A stretch of 64,000 bases of DNA from Rhodocyclaceae bacterium (GTDB lineage: Bacteria > Pseudomonadota > Gammaproteobacteria > Burkholderiales > Rhodocyclaceae). Under the pieces are notes generated by a model. It saw only the letters and a list, made by a program, of their open reading frames with translations, did no database searches and was not told the origin of the DNA. Position 1 is the first letter of the stretch; each line of letters starts with the position of its first letter. This document shows positions 23,335 through 34,496 of the stretch, one piece after another. The stretch is from the NCBI GenBank assembly GCA_028713915.1, contig JAQTNK010000009.1, positions 46,857 to 110,856 of the forward strand, written 5' to 3'. Position numbers and translations under genes: made by a program.

Positions 23335-23352
23335 TTCTTACGGAGCGATACG

Positions 23353-24567
23353 ATGCTGAAGTTTCCGATCTACCTCGACTATTCGGCGACGACCCCGGTC
23401 GATCCGCGCGTCGCGGAAAAAATGATTCCCTATCTCGTCGAGAAATTCGGCAACCCGGCGTCGCGTTCGCACGCCTTCGGCTGGGAAGCGGAGAAGGCCG
23501 TCGAGGAAGCGCGCGGCGAAGTCGCGGCGCTCGTCAATGCCGACGCCAAGGACATCATCTGGACGTCGGGCGCCACCGAATCGAACAACCTCGCCATCAA
23601 GGGCGCGGCGAATTTCTACGCGGCGGCCAAGGGCAAGCACATCATCACCGTGGCGACGGAGCACAAGGCCGTGCTCGACACCGTCAAGGAACTCGAACGC
23701 CAGGGCTTCGAAGCGACGTATCTGACGCCGCAGGAGAATGGCCTCGTCAGCGTCGACCAGTTCAAGGCAGCGCTGCGCAAGGATACGGTGCTGGCCTCCG
23801 TGATGGCCGTCAATAACGAGATCGGCGTCATCCAGCCGATCGCCGAGCTGGGTGAAATCTGCCGCGACGCCGGCGTCGTTTTCCATGTCGACGCCGCCCA
23901 GGCCACCGGCAAGATGCCGATCGACCTGGCGGCATTGAAGGTCGACCTGATGTCCTTCTGCGCGCACAAGACCTACGGCCCCAAGGGCATCGGCGCGCTC
24001 TACGTGCGCCGCAAGCCGAGGATCCGCCTCGAAGCGCAGATGCACGGCGGCGGCCACGAGCGCGGCATGCGCTCCGGCACGCTGGCGACGCACCAGATCG
24101 TCGGCATGGGCGAGGCCTTCCGCCTCGCGCGCGAAGAAATGGCGACCGAGAACGAGCGCATCCGCATGCTGCGCGACAGGCTGCTGCGCGGCATCCAGGA
24201 CATCGAGGAAACGTTCGTGAACGGCGACCTCGACCAGCGCGTGCCGCACAATCTCAACATCAGCTTCGCCTACGTCGAGGGCGAGTCCCTGATGATGGCG
24301 ATCAAGGACATCGCCGTCTCCTCGGGGTCGGCGTGCACGTCGGCGAGCCTGGAGCCGTCCTACGTGCTGCGCGCGCTCGGCCGTTCCGACGAACTCGCCC
24401 ACAGCTCGATCCGCTTCACGCTCGGCCGCTTCAGCACGACCGAGGAAATCGATTTCACCGTCAAGCTGCTGCACGAGAAGCTCGCCAAGCTGCGCGAACT
24501 ATCCCCCTTGTGGGATATGTACAAGGAAGGCATCGATCTGAATACTGTCCAGTGGGCAGCGCACTGA
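23353..24567 (+). CDS. iscS: cysteine desulfurase IscS
   Basis: 404-aa [23 protein letters not shown]; [16 protein letters not shown]; [21 protein letters not shown]; C-terminal [18 protein letters not shown]. Confidence 0.97.
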   Translation: MLKFPIYLDYSATTPVDPRVAEKMIPYLVEKFGNPASRSHAFGWEAEKAVEEARGEVAALVNADAKDIIWTSGATESNNLAIKGAANFYAAAKGKHIITVATEHKAVLDTVKELERQGFEATYLTPQENGLVSVDQFKAALRKDTVLASVMAVNNEIGVIQPIAELGEICRDAGVVFHVDAAQATGKMPIDLAALKVDLMSFCAHKTYGPKGIGALYVRRKPRIRLEAQMHGGGHERGMRSGTLATHQIVGMGEAFRLAREEMATENERIRMLRDRLLRGIQDIEETFVNGDLDQRVPHNLNISFAYVEGESLMMAIKDIAVSSGSACTSASLEPSYVLRALGRSDELAHSSIRFTLGRFSTTEEIDFTVKLLHEKLAKLRELSPLWDMYKEGIDLNTVQWAAH

Positions 24568-24583
24568 TTCTTAGGGGATAGAC

Positions 24584-24967
24584 ATGTCTTACAGCACCAA
24601 AGTCATCGAGCACTACGAGAACCCGCGCAACGTCGGTTCGTTCGGCAAGGACGACGACGGCGTCGGCACCGGCATGGTCGGCGCGCCGGCCTGCGGCGAC
24701 GTCATGAAGCTGCAGATCAAGGTCAACAAGGAAGGCGTCATCGAGGACGCCAAGTTCAAGACCTACGGCTGCGGCTCGGCGATCGCCTCGAGCTCGCTCG
24801 TCACCGAATGGGTCAAGGGCAAGACCGTCGACCAGGCGCTCGACATCAAGAACACGCAGATCGCCGAGGAACTGGCGCTGCCGCCGGTGAAGATCCATTG
24901 TTCGATCCTGGCGGAGGACGCCATCAAGGCGGCCGTCGCCGATTACAAGAAGAAGCATGGAGCCTGA
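24584..24967 (+). CDS. iscU: Fe-S cluster assembly scaffold IscU
   Basis: 127-aa [61 protein letters not shown]. Confidence 0.97.
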   Translation: MSYSTKVIEHYENPRNVGSFGKDDDGVGTGMVGAPACGDVMKLQIKVNKEGVIEDAKFKTYGCGSAIASSSLVTEWVKGKTVDQALDIKNTQIAEELALPPVKIHCSILAEDAIKAAVADYKKKHGA

Positions 24968-24972
24968 CTGAT

Positions 24973-25296
24973 ATGACCGTCACACTTTCCGAACGCGCCG
25001 CACAGCACGTCGCCAACTACATCGCCAAGCGCGGCAAGGGCATCGGCATCCGCCTCGGCGTCAAGACGTCCGGCTGCTCCGGCATGGCCTACAAGCTCGA
25101 GTTCGCCGACGCGACCGAGCCCGACGACGTCGTCTTCGAAAGCCACGGCCTCAAGGTGCTCGTCGACCCGCGCAGCCTGCCTTACATCGACGGCACCGAA
25201 CTCGACTTCGCGCGCGAAGGCCTCAACGAAGGCTTCAAGTTCAACAATCCGAACGTCAAGGATCAGTGCGGCTGCGGCGAAAGCTTCAACGTCTGA
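24973..25296 (+). CDS. iscA: iron-sulfur cluster insertion protein IscA
   Basis: ATG at 24973 inside track ORF 24808-25296. [20 protein letters not shown] and C-terminal CGCGESFNV. Confidence 0.95.
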   Translation: MTVTLSERAAQHVANYIAKRGKGIGIRLGVKTSGCSGMAYKLEFADATEPDDVVFESHGLKVLVDPRSLPYIDGTELDFAREGLNEGFKFNNPNVKDQCGCGESFNV

Positions 25297-25841
25297 TGGC
25301 GAGCGTCGAGTCCAGCTTCGCGGGAAGGGATCACTTTGCGCTGCTCGGTCTGCCGCGCGCCTATGCCGTGGACCGGAACGAACTCGAGCGTCTCTACCGC
25401 GACCTGCAGGCGCACGTCCATCCCGACAAGCACGCGCACAAAGGCGACGCCGACCGCCGCGTGGCGATGCAATGGGCGACCCAGGTGAACGAGGCCTACC
25501 AGACCCTGCGCGATCCGCTGCGGCGCGCGCGCTACCTGCTGCACCTCGCCGGCCACGATGCGGCGATCGAAACCAACACGGCGATGCCGGCGGAATTCCT
25601 CATGGAGCAGATGGAATTGCGCGAAGCGGTCGCCGACGCGCACGCCGCCGCCGACACGGCGCACCTCGACGACCTGCACGGCCGCCTGCGCCAGGAAATG
25701 GCTGCGCAGCACGAGGAACTGCGCCGGGCCATCGACGAGACGCACGACTACGCCCGCGCGGCCGACGTCGTCCGCCAGTTGATGTTCCAGGAGAAACTCG
25801 TGAGCGACATCGACGCAGCGCTGGAAGCGGCCGAGACTTAA
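25296..25841 (+). CDS. hscB: co-chaperone HscB (J-domain)
   Basis: ATG at 25296 overlapping the iscA TGA. DHFALLGLPRAYAVDRNELERLYRDLQAHVHPDK J-domain with HPD. Confidence 0.9.
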   Translation: MASVESSFAGRDHFALLGLPRAYAVDRNELERLYRDLQAHVHPDKHAHKGDADRRVAMQWATQVNEAYQTLRDPLRRARYLLHLAGHDAAIETNTAMPAEFLMEQMELREAVADAHAAADTAHLDDLHGRLRQEMAAQHEELRRAIDETHDYARAADVVRQLMFQEKLVSDIDAALEAAET

Positions 25842-25874
25842 CCCCTCCCGGCTGGGAGAGAGAACGATAAAAAG

Positions 25875-27739
<1,865 letters not shown>

Positions 27740-27743
<4 letters not shown>

Positions 27744-28081
27744 CCCAACTGATCGTCCTGCCCCACGCCGAGCTTTGTCCCGAGGGCGCGGTAATCGACG
27801 CGCCGTCGGGCCAGACCATCTGCGATGCCCTGCTGGAGAACGGCATCGAGATCGAGCACGCCTGCGAGAAGTCCTGCGCCTGCACCACCTGCCACGTCGT
27901 CATCCGCGAAGGCTACCGCTCGCTGGAACCCGCCAGCGAGACCGAGGACGACCTGCTCGACAAGGCCTGGGGCCTGGAGTCGACGTCGCGGCTGTCCTGC
28001 CAGGCCGTGGTCGCGGACGCGCCGCTGGTGGTCGAGATTCCGAAATACACGATCAACCAGGCGAAGGAGGGCAAGCGATGA
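27740..28081 (+). CDS. fdx: ISC system [2Fe-2S] ferredoxin
   Basis: ATG at 27740 overlapping the hscA stop (ATGA). [12 protein letters not shown] ... RLSCQ cysteine ligands. Confidence 0.95.
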
Positions 28082-28272
28082 AATGGACCGACATCAATGA
28101 CATCGTCATCGAACTCGCCGACGCGCATCCGGCGGTCGATCCGACGCGCCTCAATTTCGTCGACCTGATGAGCTGGGTCGTCGCCTTGCCGGATTTCGAC
28201 GACGATCCCAAGCACTGCGGCGAGAAAGTCCTCGAAGCGATCCAGCAGGCCTGGATCGACGAAGTCGCGTAA
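28078..28272 (+). CDS. iscX: Fe-S assembly protein IscX
   Basis: ATG at 28078 overlapping the fdx stop. 64 aa: [34 protein letters not shown], acidic. Confidence 0.9.
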   Translation: MKWTDINDIVIELADAHPAVDPTRLNFVDLMSWVVALPDFDDDPKHCGEKVLEAIQQAWIDEVA

Positions 28273-28305
28273 CCGCGTCAGCGGCGCGACGGCCGTGACG
28301 CCATC

Positions 28306-29082
28306 ATGGCCCTGATCGACACGCACTGCCACCTCGATGCCGCGGAGTTCGACGACGACCGCGCGGCGGTGGCGGCGCGCGCGGCGGCGGCGGGAGTCGA
28401 GTTCATCGTCGTGCCGGCGATCGAACGCGCCAACTTCGGCGCCGTGGCTTCGGTCTGCCGCGAGTTCGGCGACTGCCGACCCGCCTACGGCATCCATCCG
28501 ATGGTCGTCGGACGGGCGCAGGACGACGATCTCGATGCCTTGCGCGCGACCCTGCAACGAGAGCGGCCGGCGGCCGTCGGCGAAATCGGCCTCGATTACT
28601 TCGTGCCGCAGCGCGACGAGGCGCGCCAGGAATTCTTCTTCGTCGAACAACTGAAAATCGCGCGCGATCTCGGCCTGCCGGTGCTGCTGCACGTGCGCAA
28701 GGCCGTCGACGCCGTGCTCAAGCACCTGCGCCGCATCGAGCTTCCCGGCGGCATCGCCCATGCCTTCAACGGCAGCCGCCAGCAGGCCGAGACGTTTCTC
28801 CAGCTCGGCTTCAAGCTCGGCTTCGGCGGCGCCATGACCCATGCGCGCGCCACGCATTTGCGCGAGCTGGCGACGACGCTGCCGCTTTCCGCCATCGTCC
28901 TTGAAACCGATGCGCCGGATATTCCGCCGGCATGGCTGGAGCACGGTGCGCGCAACCAGCCGGCCGAACTGGCGCGCATCGCCGCGGTGCTGGCCGAATT
29001 GCGCGGCCTGGCGCCCGCAGCGGTGGCGGCGGCGACTTCCGCCAACGCCCGCGTCGCCTTGCCGGCCCTGGCCGCGTCATGA
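28306..29082 (+). CDS. TatD family metal-dependent hydrolase
   Basis: 258-aa ORF. MALIDTHCHLDAAEFDDDR, EIGLDY, LPVLLHVRKA, ETDAPD. Confidence 0.85.
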   Translation: MALIDTHCHLDAAEFDDDRAAVAARAAAAGVEFIVVPAIERANFGAVASVCREFGDCRPAYGIHPMVVGRAQDDDLDALRATLQRERPAAVGEIGLDYFVPQRDEARQEFFFVEQLKIARDLGLPVLLHVRKAVDAVLKHLRRIELPGGIAHAFNGSRQQAETFLQLGFKLGFGGAMTHARATHLRELATTLPLSAIVLETDAPDIPPAWLEHGARNQPAELARIAAVLAELRGLAPAAVAAATSANARVALPALAAS

Positions 29083-29981
29083 CGCGCGCGAGGACAGGCG
29101 GCCGCGCGCTGGCGGCGCTGGTCGTGCTCACCTTGCTGTGGGGCTACACCTGGGTCATTGCCAAGCAGGCGCTTGAATATGCCGGACCGTTCCAGGTCGG
29201 CGTGCTGCGCACGGCGGCCGGCACGCTGGCCCTGTTCGCCGCGCTGATCGCGACGCGGCGGCCGCTGCGCCTGACGGCGCCGTGGCGCACCGCCTGCGTC
29301 GGCGTGTTCCAGACCGGCGGCTTCATCGCGCTGTCGACCTGGGCGCTGGTCGAAGGCGGCGCCGGCAAGACGGCGGTGCTGATTTTCACCATGCCGATCT
29401 GGACCCTGCTGCTGGCGCGCATCGTCCTCGGCGAGCGCATTCGCGGCACGCAGTGGGCGGCGGCGGCCTGTGCGCTGGCCGGGCTGGTGCTGATCATCGC
29501 CCCCTGGAACTTCCACGCCAGCCTGTTCAGCAAGCTGCTGGCCGTGCTGGCGGCGATGAGTTGGGCGCTGTCGACCATCCTCGTCAAGCGCTGGCGCGCC
29601 GCACTGGCCGCCGACGTGCTGGCGCTGACGACGTGGCAGATGGTGTTCGGCCTGCTGCCGCTGGTGGCGATCGCGCTGGTCGTGCCGGAGCGGCCGACCG
29701 CGTGGACGCCGGCCTTCGTCGGCATCATCGGCTTCATGGCCCTCATCAGCACGGCGCTCGGCTGGTTCCTCTGGCTCTACGTGCTCGAGCGGCTGCCGGC
29801 CTGGCAGGCGAGCCTGTCCATCCTCGGCATTCCCGCCGTCGCCAGCCTGTCGTCACGCTGGCAGCTCGGCGAGCGCATGGCGGCGTCGGAACTCGCCGGC
29901 ATGCTGCTGATCGGCCTCGGCCTGACGACGATATCGCTGCTCAACTGGCGCTCGCAGCGGCGGCTGCCGGGCACGCAGTAG
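29079..29981 (+). CDS. DMT superfamily (EamA-like) transporter
   Basis: ATG at 29079 overlapping the tatD-like stop (track ORF starts 28932). About 10 hydrophobic segments. LLWGYTWVIAKQAL and a duplicated EamA-type architecture. Confidence 0.8.
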   Translation: MTRARTGGRALAALVVLTLLWGYTWVIAKQALEYAGPFQVGVLRTAAGTLALFAALIATRRPLRLTAPWRTACVGVFQTGGFIALSTWALVEGGAGKTAVLIFTMPIWTLLLARIVLGERIRGTQWAAAACALAGLVLIIAPWNFHASLFSKLLAVLAAMSWALSTILVKRWRAALAADVLALTTWQMVFGLLPLVAIALVVPERPTAWTPAFVGIIGFMALISTALGWFLWLYVLERLPAWQASLSILGIPAVASLSSRWQLGERMAASELAGMLLIGLGLTTISLLNWRSQRRLPGTQ

Positions 29982-30008
29982 CCGCTGCGCGCGACGGCCG
30001 GCGCGCCG

Positions 30009-31244
30009 TCAAGCGATGACGTGCGACACCAGTCCGTCGGCGAGCTTGGGCTCGAACCAGGTGGATTTCGGCGGCATCACCTGGTTGCTGTCGGCGACGG
30101 CCATCAGGTCTTCCATGCGAGTGGCATACATGGCGAAGGCCGCCGCCATCTCGCCGGAGTCGACGCGCTTTTCGAGTTCGGCCAGGCCGCGGATGCCGCC
30201 GACGAAGTCGATGCGCTTGTCGCGGCGCAGGTCGGTGATGCCGAGGATCGGTCCCAGCACGTGCGCCGACAGCAGCGAGACGTCGAGGTTCGCCACCGGA
30301 TCCTGGCAGAACAGCTTCGGATCGATGTTGAGGCGATACCAGCGGCCGGGCAGGTAAAGGCCGATCTCGCCCGGGCACGACGGCTTGACGGCGCCGCAGG
30401 ACGGCGAGACGAGGAAGCGCTCGGCGAGCCGGGCCAGGAACTGTTCGGCCGTGAGGCCGTTGAGGTCTTTGACGACGCGGTTGTAGTCCATGATCTTCAT
30501 CTGGCGGTGCGGGAAGATCACGGCGAGGAAATAGTCGCTGGCCTGCTCGCTGCCGGCCTTGCGGCGCGCCGCGGCGACGCGCGAGGCGGCGGCGGAGCGA
30601 TGATGGCCGTCGGCGATGTAGAGCGCCGGCATGGCGTCGAAGGCGGCGGTGATGCGCTCGATCAGCGCCGCGTCGCGCACCACCCAAAGGGTGTGGCGGA
30701 TGCCGTCGGGCGCGGTGACGTCGGCGTCGGGCGTGCCGGCGCTGGCCTGCGCCAGCAGTTCGTCCGCCGCCGGCTGAGACGGGTAGGCGAGCAGCACCGG
30801 GCCGGTTTGCGCGTTGAGCGCCTCGATCTGGCGCACGCGGTCGTCTTCCTTGTCGGGGCGCGTGAATTCGTGCTTCTTGATGCGATTGGCGTCGTAGGCT
30901 GCGACCGAGGCCGCGGCGACGAGGCCGGTCTGCACGTGCGCGCCCATGACGATCCGATAGGCGTAGTAGCAGGCCTGCTCGTCGCGGGCGAGGATGCCGG
31001 CCGCCAGCATCTGGTTCAGGTTCTCGACGGCCTTGGCGTAGACCGCCGGCGCGTAGGGATCGGTGCCGGCGGGCAAGTCGATTTCGGGCTTGGAGATGTG
31101 CAGGAAGGACCAGGGCTTGGCGGCGGCGCCATGAACCATCTGGCGCGCCTCGTCGCTGGAGAGCACGTCGTAGGGCGGCGCGGCGACGAGCGCGGCGTTG
31201 CCGCTGGTCGGCCGCAGGCCGCGGAAAGGAAGAATCAGGGGCAT
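30009..31244 (-). CDS. DUF1015 domain-containing protein
   Basis: 411-aa ORF. MPLILPFRGLRPTSGNAALVAAPPYDVLSSDEARQM and LYIADGHHRSAAA are as I remember for DUF1015. Confidence 0.8.
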   Translation of the reverse strand: MPLILPFRGLRPTSGNAALVAAPPYDVLSSDEARQMVHGAAAKPWSFLHISKPEIDLPAGTDPYAPAVYAKAVENLNQMLAAGILARDEQACYYAYRIVMGAHVQTGLVAAASVAAYDANRIKKHEFTRPDKEDDRVRQIEALNAQTGPVLLAYPSQPAADELLAQASAGTPDADVTAPDGIRHTLWVVRDAALIERITAAFDAMPALYIADGHHRSAAASRVAAARRKAGSEQASDYFLAVIFPHRQMKIMDYNRVVKDLNGLTAEQFLARLAERFLVSPSCGAVKPSCPGEIGLYLPGRWYRLNIDPKLFCQDPVANLDVSLLSAHVLGPILGITDLRRDKRIDFVGGIRGLAELEKRVDSGEMAAAFAMYATRMEDLMAVADSNQVMPPKSTWFEPKLADGLVSHVIA

Positions 31245-31254
31245 GAGGTTTTCC

Positions 31255-32325
31255 CTATTGCGCGGCGCGGCCGGTGAGCGGGCCGCGCAGCGCTTCGCGT
31301 GCTTCGCGGATCATTTTCTCGGTGGTCGGCCAATCGACGCAGGCGTCGGTGACCGAGCAGCCGTACTTCAGTTTCGTGAGATCCGCGGGGATCGGCTGGT
31401 TGCCGGCCTCGATGAAGCTTTCGACCATCAGGCCGACGATGGAGCGGTTGCCCAGGCGGATCTGGTTCACGCAATCGTGCATGACGAGCGGCTGCAGTTC
31501 CGGCTTCTTGTAGCTGTTGGCATGCGAGCAGTCGACGACGATGTTCTGCGCCAGCTTGGCTTTCGCCAGCGCCTGCTCGGCCATGGCGACGCTGACGGTA
31601 TCGTAGTTGGGGCGATCGCCGCCGCCGCGCAGGACGACGTGGCCGTAGCGGTTGCCGCGCGTGCGCACGACGGCCGAGCGGCCCTGGTTGTTGAGGCCGA
31701 GGAAGCTGTGCGGGCTGGCCGCCGAGATGATGGCGTTGATCGCGGTGTCGACCGAACCGTCGGTGCCGTTCTTGAAGCCGACCGGGGTCGACAGGCCCGA
31801 GGCCATCTCGCGGTGGGTCTGCGACTCGGAAGTGCGCGCGCCGATGGCCGTCCAGGCGATGAGGTCGCCGAGGTATTGCGGCGCGATCGGATCGAGCGCC
31901 TCGGTTGCCGCCGGGATGCCCAGTTCGTTCACGTCGATGAGGAATTCGCGCGCCTTCTGCATGCCTTCCTCGATGTGGAAGGAGTCGTCCATGCGCGGGT
32001 CGTTGATATAGCCCTTCCAGCCCGTGGCCGTGCGCGGTTTTTCGAAATAGACGCGCATGACGAGGACGAGGGTATCGGCGACCTCGTCGGCGAGCGCCTT
32101 CAGGCGGCGCGCATAGTCGAGGCCCGCCGCGGCGTCGTGGATCGAGCAGGGGCCGACGACGACGAAGATACGGCTGTCCTGGCGGTCGAGAATGCGCGTC
32201 AGGGCGCGGCGGCCTTCGACGACAGTCTGCGCGGCGGGCTCGGAAAGCGGCAGGCGCGCGTGGATTTCCTCCGGCGTCGGCATGGCGTCGAAGGCTTCGA
32301 TGTTCAGGTTTTCAGTTTGTTGCAT
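31255..32325 (-). CDS. 3-deoxy-7-phosphoheptulonate (DAHP) synthase, class I (AroF/G/H type)
   Basis: ATG at 32325 inside track ORF 31255-32640. IFVVVGPCSIHD, VMRVYFEKPRTATGWKGYINDP, GARTSESQTHREMASGLS, CSHANS. Feedback specificity cannot be read from the sequence. Confidence 0.93.
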   Translation of the reverse strand: MQQTENLNIEAFDAMPTPEEIHARLPLSEPAAQTVVEGRRALTRILDRQDSRIFVVVGPCSIHDAAAGLDYARRLKALADEVADTLVLVMRVYFEKPRTATGWKGYINDPRMDDSFHIEEGMQKAREFLIDVNELGIPAATEALDPIAPQYLGDLIAWTAIGARTSESQTHREMASGLSTPVGFKNGTDGSVDTAINAIISAASPHSFLGLNNQGRSAVVRTRGNRYGHVVLRGGGDRPNYDTVSVAMAEQALAKAKLAQNIVVDCSHANSYKKPELQPLVMHDCVNQIRLGNRSIVGLMVESFIEAGNQPIPADLTKLKYGCSVTDACVDWPTTEKMIREAREALRGPLTGRAAQ

Positions 32326-32615
32326 GGAGGAACTACCGGGAGGGCTGGATGGGGTGGCGAGAATTCGGATGAAGGCGCGCGATCCGGCTCGGCCGCACGC
32401 GCAAGAGGTCGCACATTTTACCTCGAAGCCGCATCGCCACGGCGGCTTGTCGAGCGGCCGCGCCCCTGAGACGGCGATACTTTTCGTCGCGTCCGCATGG
32501 GGCAAACGCCGTGTATTCCACACTTCCGACATAGTTGACAAAATGACTCGACAATACAATGCTTGCATTGCGCGACTCGACGCGTACCCGTCAATTCCCA
32601 ACAGGAGAGGCTGAT

Positions 32616-33056
32616 ATGAATATTTCCAACGCATTCGCACGCCTGGGCTTTTCGGGCATCGTCGCAGCGGTGATCATTTCGCTGGCGGCTTTTTCGACGG
32701 CCGTTTCCGCCGAGACGGTAAAAGTCGTGCTGAGCGGCGACATGGAGGTGCCGCCGGTCAAGACCACGGCTTCGGGCAGCGGCACCATCACCATCAATCC
32801 CGACATGAGCGTCAGCGGCACCATCGCGACGACGGGCATGAACGGCACGATGGCGCACATCCACCAGGGCGCCGTGGGCAAGAACGGCCCGGTGATCATT
32901 CCCTTGCAAAAGAACGGCGAGTACGGCTGGACGCCGCCGCCCGGCGCCAAGTTGACCGCTGAGCAATACCAGGCCTTCAAGGCCGGCGATCTCTACGTCA
33001 ATGTCCACTCCGCCGCGCATCCGGGCGGCGAGATTCGCGCGCAACTGATGCCGTAG
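32616..33056 (+). CDS. CHRD domain-containing secreted protein
   Basis: ATG at 32616 with AGGAGAGG SD (track ORF starts 32559). Signal peptide ...[32 protein letters not shown] ... GTMAHIHQGAVGKNGPV ... YVNVHSAAHPGGEIRAQL. Confidence 0.75.
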   Translation: MNISNAFARLGFSGIVAAVIISLAAFSTAVSAETVKVVLSGDMEVPPVKTTASGSGTITINPDMSVSGTIATTGMNGTMAHIHQGAVGKNGPVIIPLQKNGEYGWTPPPGAKLTAEQYQAFKAGDLYVNVHSAAHPGGEIRAQLMP

Positions 33057-33066
33057 CGGGCAGGCT

Positions 33067-33099
33067 CCGCGCCGCGGCGGATAATCCGCCGCGGCGCGG
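33067..33099 (+). terminator. GC-rich perfect hairpin 11 nt after the CHRD stop (15-bp stem, 3-nt loop)
   Basis: CCGCGCCGCGGCGGA-taa-TCCGCCGCGGCGCGG read directly. No T-run follows (ATATGG), so it is not a canonical intrinsic terminator. Confidence 0.4.
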
Positions 33100-33235
33100 A
33101 TATGGCGAAGTCATGTAGCCGCAGCGCTGCGAAGCGGCGTTGCGCTCAGGAGCGGTGCGCGGCGTCCCGGCGTCGCGTCGCGCCGCGCTGCGGCAGTCTG
33201 CTGCCGCGCGCCATGCAGCCGGCGCCTATGGGATA

Positions 33236-34486
33236 ATGTCGCCACGGGCGATGCCAGCGCCTTTTCCGACGACTCCTATCGCTGTGACGATCAAGAAAAT
33301 CCCTGTCAGCCGCTTGCGCCCGGGAATGTTCGTTTCCGATTTCAACGCGGACTGGCTGGACCATCCGTTCCTGCTCAACCAGAAGCTTATCGACAGCGAC
33401 GAAGAAGTGGCGCGTACCGCCGCCTCCGGCATCGACTCGGTCTATATCGATACCAAGCGCGGCCTCGACGCCGACGACATGCCGACCGCCGCGGAAGCCG
33501 CGCAGGAACTGGAAGCGGCGCTGGTTGGCGTTTTCGCCGCCGACGAGAATCCGACGCCGACGTTTGCCGACAGCCTGACGGCGGCCCGCGACGTCATCTG
33601 CAGCGCCCGCCGCGCCCTGCGCGAATTGCTGTCCAGCGTTCGTCTTGGCCGCAGCGTCGACGTTCCGGCGGCCGCCGAAACCGCGCGCCGGCTCGCCGTC
33701 GGCGCCGCCCGCCATCCGCATGCCTGCCTGCTGCTCGGTCGCCTCAACCGCTCCGACGACTATACGTTCCGCCATAGCGTGAACGTCGCCCTCATCCTTG
33801 GCATTTTTGCGCGCAGCCAGCAGCTTCCCGAAGAGACCGTGCAAGCGCTGGCGCTCGGCGGCATCCTGCACGACGTCGGCAAGATGGTCGTGCCGGTCGA
33901 CATCCTCCACAAGCCGGGCGCCCTCGGCGCCGTCGAAATGCAGGTCATGCGCGAGCACGTGTCGTCCGGCGTGCGCCTGGTGCGCGAGCCGGAGAATTTT
34001 CTCGATGCGGTCGCCTTCGACGTCATCGCCGAGCATCATGAACGCTGCGACGGCACCGGCTATCCGCACGGCCTGAAGGCCGACGCCATTTCCCTGGGCG
34101 GCCGCATGGGCGGGATCATCGACGTCTATGACGCCCTCACCTCCGATCGCGTCTATCGCCGCGCCGTCTCTCCGGCGGAATCGATACGCAAGCTGTTCGA
34201 GTGGGCCGAACACCATTTCGACCGCAACCTCACCCATGCCTTCATCAAGACGGTCGGCATCTATCCGGCCGGGTCATTGCTGCGCCTGGAAAGCGGCCGC
34301 ATCGGCGTGGTCCTGCGCCAGGGCGAACAAAGCCTGATGGCCCCGGTCGTGCGGGTGATCTACGACACGCATCGCATGGCCTTCATCACGCCGGTGGACA
34401 TCGAACTGGCGAAAACGGCGGACCGCGTCGTCAGCCACGAAGCGCCGGAAAAGTGGAACATCCCGATCGAACGTTTTATCGATTGA
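33236..34486 (+). CDS. HD-GYP domain c-di-GMP phosphodiesterase with DUF3391-like N-terminus
   Basis: Track ORF 33140-34486. IKKIPVSRLRPGMFVSDF N-terminal module; HSVNVA, GILHDVGK, HHERCDGTGYPHGL. Start uncertain (ATG 33236, ATG 33251 or GTG 33284). Confidence 0.85.
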   Translation: MSPRAMPAPFPTTPIAVTIKKIPVSRLRPGMFVSDFNADWLDHPFLLNQKLIDSDEEVARTAASGIDSVYIDTKRGLDADDMPTAAEAAQELEAALVGVFAADENPTPTFADSLTAARDVICSARRALRELLSSVRLGRSVDVPAAAETARRLAVGAARHPHACLLLGRLNRSDDYTFRHSVNVALILGIFARSQQLPEETVQALALGGILHDVGKMVVPVDILHKPGALGAVEMQVMREHVSSGVRLVREPENFLDAVAFDVIAEHHERCDGTGYPHGLKADAISLGGRMGGIIDVYDALTSDRVYRRAVSPAESIRKLFEWAEHHFDRNLTHAFIKTVGIYPAGSLLRLESGRIGVVLRQGEQSLMAPVVRVIYDTHRMAFITPVDIELAKTADRVVSHEAPEKWNIPIERFID

Positions 34487-34496
34487 GCGCCGGCGC

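Noticed and set aside
32326-32530. Looked for an aromatic-amino-acid leader peptide or attenuator upstream of the DAHP synthase gene.
   Set aside because: The only small ORF on that strand (MRTRRKVSPSQGRG...) has no Phe/Tyr/Trp codon run and no terminator/antiterminator pair with a U-tract.
32531-32555. ATAGTTGACAAAATGACTCGACAAT resembles the left half of an IscR type-1 site.
   Set aside because: Only the left half-site matches. The right half is a direct rather than an inverted repeat (GACT instead of AGTC). The TTGACA is more simply a -35-like hexamer.
33100-33235. Several GC hairpins and a GCAGCGCTGC palindrome between the CHRD terminator-like stem and the HD-GYP gene.
   Set aside because: The stems are short (7-10 bp) in about 75 percent GC sequence, so they are expected by chance. 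There is no U-tract and no recognisable riboswitch architecture.
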